Origin: a virus
Lineage: Duplodnaviria > Heunggongvirae > Uroviricota > Caudoviricetes
IMG/VR virus record: IMGVR_UViG_3300026478_000263
Direction: 5' to 3' (one strand)
Length of the DNA stretch: 37,960 nt
Below, piece after piece: positions 35,338 through 37,960 of the stretch. Each line of letters opens with the position of its first letter. The stretch's first letter is position 1. Under the pieces are notes generated by a model that saw only the letters and a program-made list of their open reading frames with translations, was not told where the DNA came from and searched no databases. The position numbers were made by a program, and so were the translations under genes.

Positions 35338-35343
35338 TATTTA
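35338..35343 (-). promoter_or_regulatory. Late promoter core, 5 nt before the PAAR ATG (leaderless)
   Basis: Minus strand gaTAAATA-tgaat-ATG. Confidence 0.65.
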
Positions 35344-35347
35344 TCGG

Positions 35348-35397
35348 TTGACAACTACCAAAAATAATACTAAACTACGATAATTGTGCGATAAATA
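35348..35397 (+). promoter_or_regulatory. sigma70 promoter plus late core for the Fe-S operon
   Basis: TTGACA-N17-TAAACT (35348-35376); TAAATA at 35392-35397. Confidence 0.75.
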
Positions 35398-35418
35398 TTA
35401 CTACAACGGAGACACGAC

Positions 35419-35724
35419 ATGATTACAATAACAGAAACCGCTGAAAAAGAAATTCAAATGGTGCTGGATGAAAGCAAAGAAAAATACCTTAGAATTGCAA
35501 TAGAAGGTGGAGGATGTTCGGGATTTAATTACGTGTTCGATTTTGCAAAAAACAAAGAAGAAGACGACTTTGAATTTGGTAGAATATTAATAGATTCAAT
35601 GAGCATGAACTATTTGCAAGGAGCCAAAGTCGACTTTATCGATGACTTAATGGGCTCTAGTTTTAATATTGAAAATCCAAATGCACAAACAACTTGTGGA
35701 TGTGGAAGTTCGTTTTCAGTTTAA
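35419..35724 (+). CDS. erpA: A-type Fe-S carrier, ErpA-like
   Basis: GGGCSGFNY, IDSMSMNYLQGAKVDF, NPNAQTTCGCGSSFSV. Confidence 0.8.
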   Translation: MITITETAEKEIQMVLDESKEKYLRIAIEGGGCSGFNYVFDFAKNKEEDDFEFGRILIDSMSMNYLQGAKVDFIDDLMGSSFNIENPNAQTTCGCGSSFSV

Positions 35725-35733
35725 GGAGATTAA

Positions 35734-36123
35734 ATGGCTTATTCCGATAGAGTTATAGATCACTACGAAAATCCTCGCAACGTAGGTAGTTTCCCTAAAG
35801 ACGAGGAAGGCGTTGGCACAGGCATGGTGGGAGCACCTGCTTGCGGCGACGTGATGAAGTTACAAATTAAAGTTAATAACGAGGGCATTATTGAGGATGC
35901 GAAATTCAAGACATACGGATGCGGAAGTGCTATTGCTAGTTCATCGTTGGTCACCGAGTGGCTCAAAGGAAAAACGTTGGATCAAGCGGGAGAGATTAAG
36001 AACAGCGCGATTGCCGAAGAACTTGCACTTCCACCCGTTAAAATCCATTGTTCAATTCTTGCGGAAGATGCTATCAAAGCCGCAGTAGCAGACTACAAGG
36101 CAAAAAATGATATCACTGTCTGA
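35734..36123 (+). CDS. iscU: Fe-S scaffold IscU
   Basis: [65 protein letters not shown]. Confidence 0.96.
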   Translation: MAYSDRVIDHYENPRNVGSFPKDEEGVGTGMVGAPACGDVMKLQIKVNNEGIIEDAKFKTYGCGSAIASSSLVTEWLKGKTLDQAGEIKNSAIAEELALPPVKIHCSILAEDAIKAAVADYKAKNDITV

Positions 36124-36427
36124 GAAAGCCGCAGAGCGAGTAAAGATTACACTAGACCGTAGGGGCAAAGGGCTAGGCATTCGATTAGGTGTTAAAACTA
36201 CAGGCTGTAGTGGAATGGCTTATATGATTGAATTTGTTGACGAGCCCACAAAAGAAGATATGAGTTTTGTTAGTCACGGTGTACACGTATTTGTTGATCC
36301 AAAAAGTCTAGCATACCTGGACGGTGTACAAGTTGAATGGGTAAAGAAAGGTCTTAACGAAGGATTTGACTTTACCAATCCAAATGAACGTGACCGTTGT
36401 GGCTGTGGCGAGTCATTTCGAGTATAA
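36107..36427 (+). CDS. iscA: A-type Fe-S carrier IscA
   Basis: [54 protein letters not shown]. Confidence 0.93.
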   Translation: MISLSEKAAERVKITLDRRGKGLGIRLGVKTTGCSGMAYMIEFVDEPTKEDMSFVSHGVHVFVDPKSLAYLDGVQVEWVKKGLNEGFDFTNPNERDRCGCGESFRV

Positions 36428-36437
36428 ACCAAAACAC

Positions 36438-36466
36438 TTGACAGTTACCAAAAGTTGTTATATAAT
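36438..36466 (+). promoter_or_regulatory. Consensus sigma70 (early) promoter
   Basis: TTGACA-N17-TATAAT. Confidence 0.9.
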
Positions 36467-36497
36467 AATCCTATAGTAACAATATTTGGAGGTAACT

Positions 36498-36887
36498 TTG
36501 AGTATGCACTTAGAAGGCCCGTGGCTTAGTACCACTGGCAAAAAGAAAGGCAAACAAAAGTTTCGTTCTGCTGAACATGCCAAAAAGGCTAGAGAGTTAG
36601 ACGAAAGTTGGAAGGCACTTCAAAAGAAGTGGGCCATCGAAGCCGAAGATAAAAAACGTAAGCGTGGACTAGCGGCACCGACGATGAATCCGGTAGTCAA
36701 CAAGCCATTCGTTAGAGAAACACCAAAGATTGCTAGTTTACCATTTACTGGCGGTCCTTGTTTAAAAGCACCAGATAAAGTTTATACAGGCACAATGATC
36801 AAAGGCATCGGTACTATGCACAAGAGTAATGCAGTTCCAATTTTTAGTAATGAAGAAGCCGTAGAAATCTCCAAAATGAGAAGATAG
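36498..36887 (+). CDS. Basic hypothetical early protein
   Basis: SD GGAGGT, then TTG 36498 or ATG 36504; K/R-rich; GIGTMHKSNAVP motif. Confidence 0.7.
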   Translation: MSMHLEGPWLSTTGKKKGKQKFRSAEHAKKARELDESWKALQKKWAIEAEDKKRKRGLAAPTMNPVVNKPFVRETPKIASLPFTGGPCLKAPDKVYTGTMIKGIGTMHKSNAVPIFSNEEAVEISKMRR

Positions 36888-36929
36888 GGCCTATTTAACT
36901 AGTGATTTTGGAATTATGAACTATATATT

Positions 36930-37196
36930 TGTACGTTTCGCAAAGAAACTAAGATAGTTGGATTAAAGTATGTCACAAGCAGAAACAATCCTGCGAGTCT
37001 TGGCCAATTGGAAACCCGTGAGATTCGGGCGGTCAAGTTCGCCAAAGGCACACAAGTTATGAGATTGTGCGTCCAATGGAGACAACTACACGAACCCAGG
37101 GTTCTTTAATTGAGCCTCGTGAAGTTAACTCCCTTAATGTAATGTTGTTGCGGTGCAATATTATGCCCAAAATAACACTAAGTGAAAGGAGGACTT
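36930..37196 (+). ncRNA. Candidate structured leader / ncRNA upstream of the lysin gene
   Basis: ~270 nt without a convincing ORF; at least 5 hand-identified helices, two UGAGAU T-loop-like loops, and a possible anti-SD helix. Confidence 0.45.
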
Positions 37197-37751
37197 ATGG
37201 AAAAGTCATTTAGATTAGTATCCTATTTTTTAGGATTAGTTATGGTTGCCGTTTTGGTTCAAACTGTAACGACTACAAAGTTTCAGTCGTTGCGTGAACG
37301 AGGCGGGCTATACTCACAGGACGTAGTGTCTATCAAGACACGAGAGCGTCAATTAGATTGTTTGGCAATCAACATTTATCGCGAAGCAGGTTATGAGCCA
37401 TTCGAAGGTAAGGTTGCTGTTGCCCAAGTAACAATGAACCGTGTTGCATCAGGCAAATTTGGACAAGATGTCTGCGGTGTCGTTTACCAAAAGAACGTAA
37501 TTATGGAAAAAGTTGTGTGCCAATTTTCATGGGCATGTGACTCTGCGGCAAAAACTAAACCTGTAAACAAGGAGGCTTATAATGAAAGTTACGAAGTTGC
37601 TAAGAAGGTTTTACTTGAGAATTTCAGATTGGACGTTCTCAAAGATGCTTTATACTATCATGCCTCCTACGTCAACCCAAGATGGAATTTGGAAAAAATA
37701 GGCAAAATTGGACAACACATTTTTTATAAAGGCAAGGAAACCAAAATATGA
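37197..37751 (+). CDS. Cell wall hydrolase, SleB/Hydrolase_2 family, with N-terminal signal/anchor
   Basis: SD AAAGGAGGA, ATG 37197; CLAINIYREAG.EPFEGKVAVAQVTMNRV, VCGVVYQ, CQFSW, ALYYHA, IGQHIFY. Confidence 0.92.
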   Translation: MEKSFRLVSYFLGLVMVAVLVQTVTTTKFQSLRERGGLYSQDVVSIKTRERQLDCLAINIYREAGYEPFEGKVAVAQVTMNRVASGKFGQDVCGVVYQKNVIMEKVVCQFSWACDSAAKTKPVNKEAYNESYEVAKKVLLENFRLDVLKDALYYHASYVNPRWNLEKIGKIGQHIFYKGKETKI

Positions 37752-37960
37752 TTAATAATATTGATCAACTCAAAGAGTTTGTTACTACCAAAGTATCTCA
37801 AATTTCCGCAGAAACATTTGGTTGGTTAGCAGTCATTGTATTACACGCTAGTACCATTCCAAGTTTGTTAGCAGTAATGAGTGGACTTACAGATAGACTA
37901 CCAGCAGTTGATTTGGTACTGTTAGTTTGGTCCGGACTTGCGCTGTTGTTTGTCAAAGCC
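37748..37960 (+). CDS. Membrane protein, 3'-truncated (possible holin or small TM protein)
   Basis: ATGA-coupled to the lysin gene; MINNIDQLKEF...FGWLAVIVLHASTIPSLLAVMSG...LVLLVWSGLALLFVKA; open to the window end. Confidence 0.7.
   Translation, partial: MINNIDQLKEFVTTKVSQISAETFGWLAVIVLHASTIPSLLAVMSGLTDRLPAVDLVLLVWSGLALLFVKA

Noticed and set aside
36970-37062. 30-aa uORF (MSQAETILRVLANWKPVRFGRSSSPKAHKL) in the lysin leader
   Set aside because: No SD, and it runs through the densest predicted helices; RNA structure is the more economical explanation, though a leader peptide is not excluded.
36995-37070. Known riboswitch (FMN or c-di-GMP-I)
   Set aside because: Only the T-loop hairpin resembles FMN elements; the other conserved FMN junctions and the c-di-GMP GGCAAAC/GACGCAAAG cores are absent.
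1-37960. tRNA, rRNA, CRISPR arrays, IS/transposases; eukaryotic or NCLDV origin
   Set aside because: No cloverleaf, array or transposase motif seen by eye (tRNAscan not run); SD sites, sigma70 and T4-late promoters and overlapping operons indicate a bacteriophage.

Overview
AT-rich, densely coded ~38 kb segment of a large T4-like (myovirus-type) dsDNA phage. No rRNA, tRNA, CRISPR, IS or intron is visible. Phage identity rests on a recurring T4-type late-promoter core (TAAATA/TATAAATA) in nearly every intergenic gap, perfect sigma70 early promoters, a PAAR-like spike protein, a 2131-aa repeat-rich tail fibre, a pectate-lyase-like tailspike, two SleB-family wall hydrolases and a class Ia nrdA/nrdB/glutaredoxin block. 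In order: (1-7.9 kb) a sugar-tailoring cluster (radical SAM, 4,6-dehydratase, short DegT aminotransferase, GT-A, amidinotransferase, two possible kinase-like ORFs, NDP-sugar SDR, two deacetylases); (8-20 kb) virion proteins, a Cys-rich metallothionein-like peptide, the fibre, an exported nuclease and an SGNH/PG-binding/SleB fusion; (20-21.4 kb) an inverted cassette with a Pat-like GNAT and a phasin-like ORF; (21.5-29 kb) late genes including a nucleotidyltransferase, a probable -1 frameshift/slippage fusion at 26012-26021, an exonuclease and a tailspike; (29-33 kb) RNR; (33-38 kb) PAAR plus a possible cargo protein, an erpA-iscU-iscA Fe-S module, and a structured ~270-nt leader ahead of a lysin and membrane-protein pair. 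The host is probably a proteobacterium (inferred from the IscU/IscA/ErpA sequences). All family calls come from motifs read by eye; no searches or folding programs were run.
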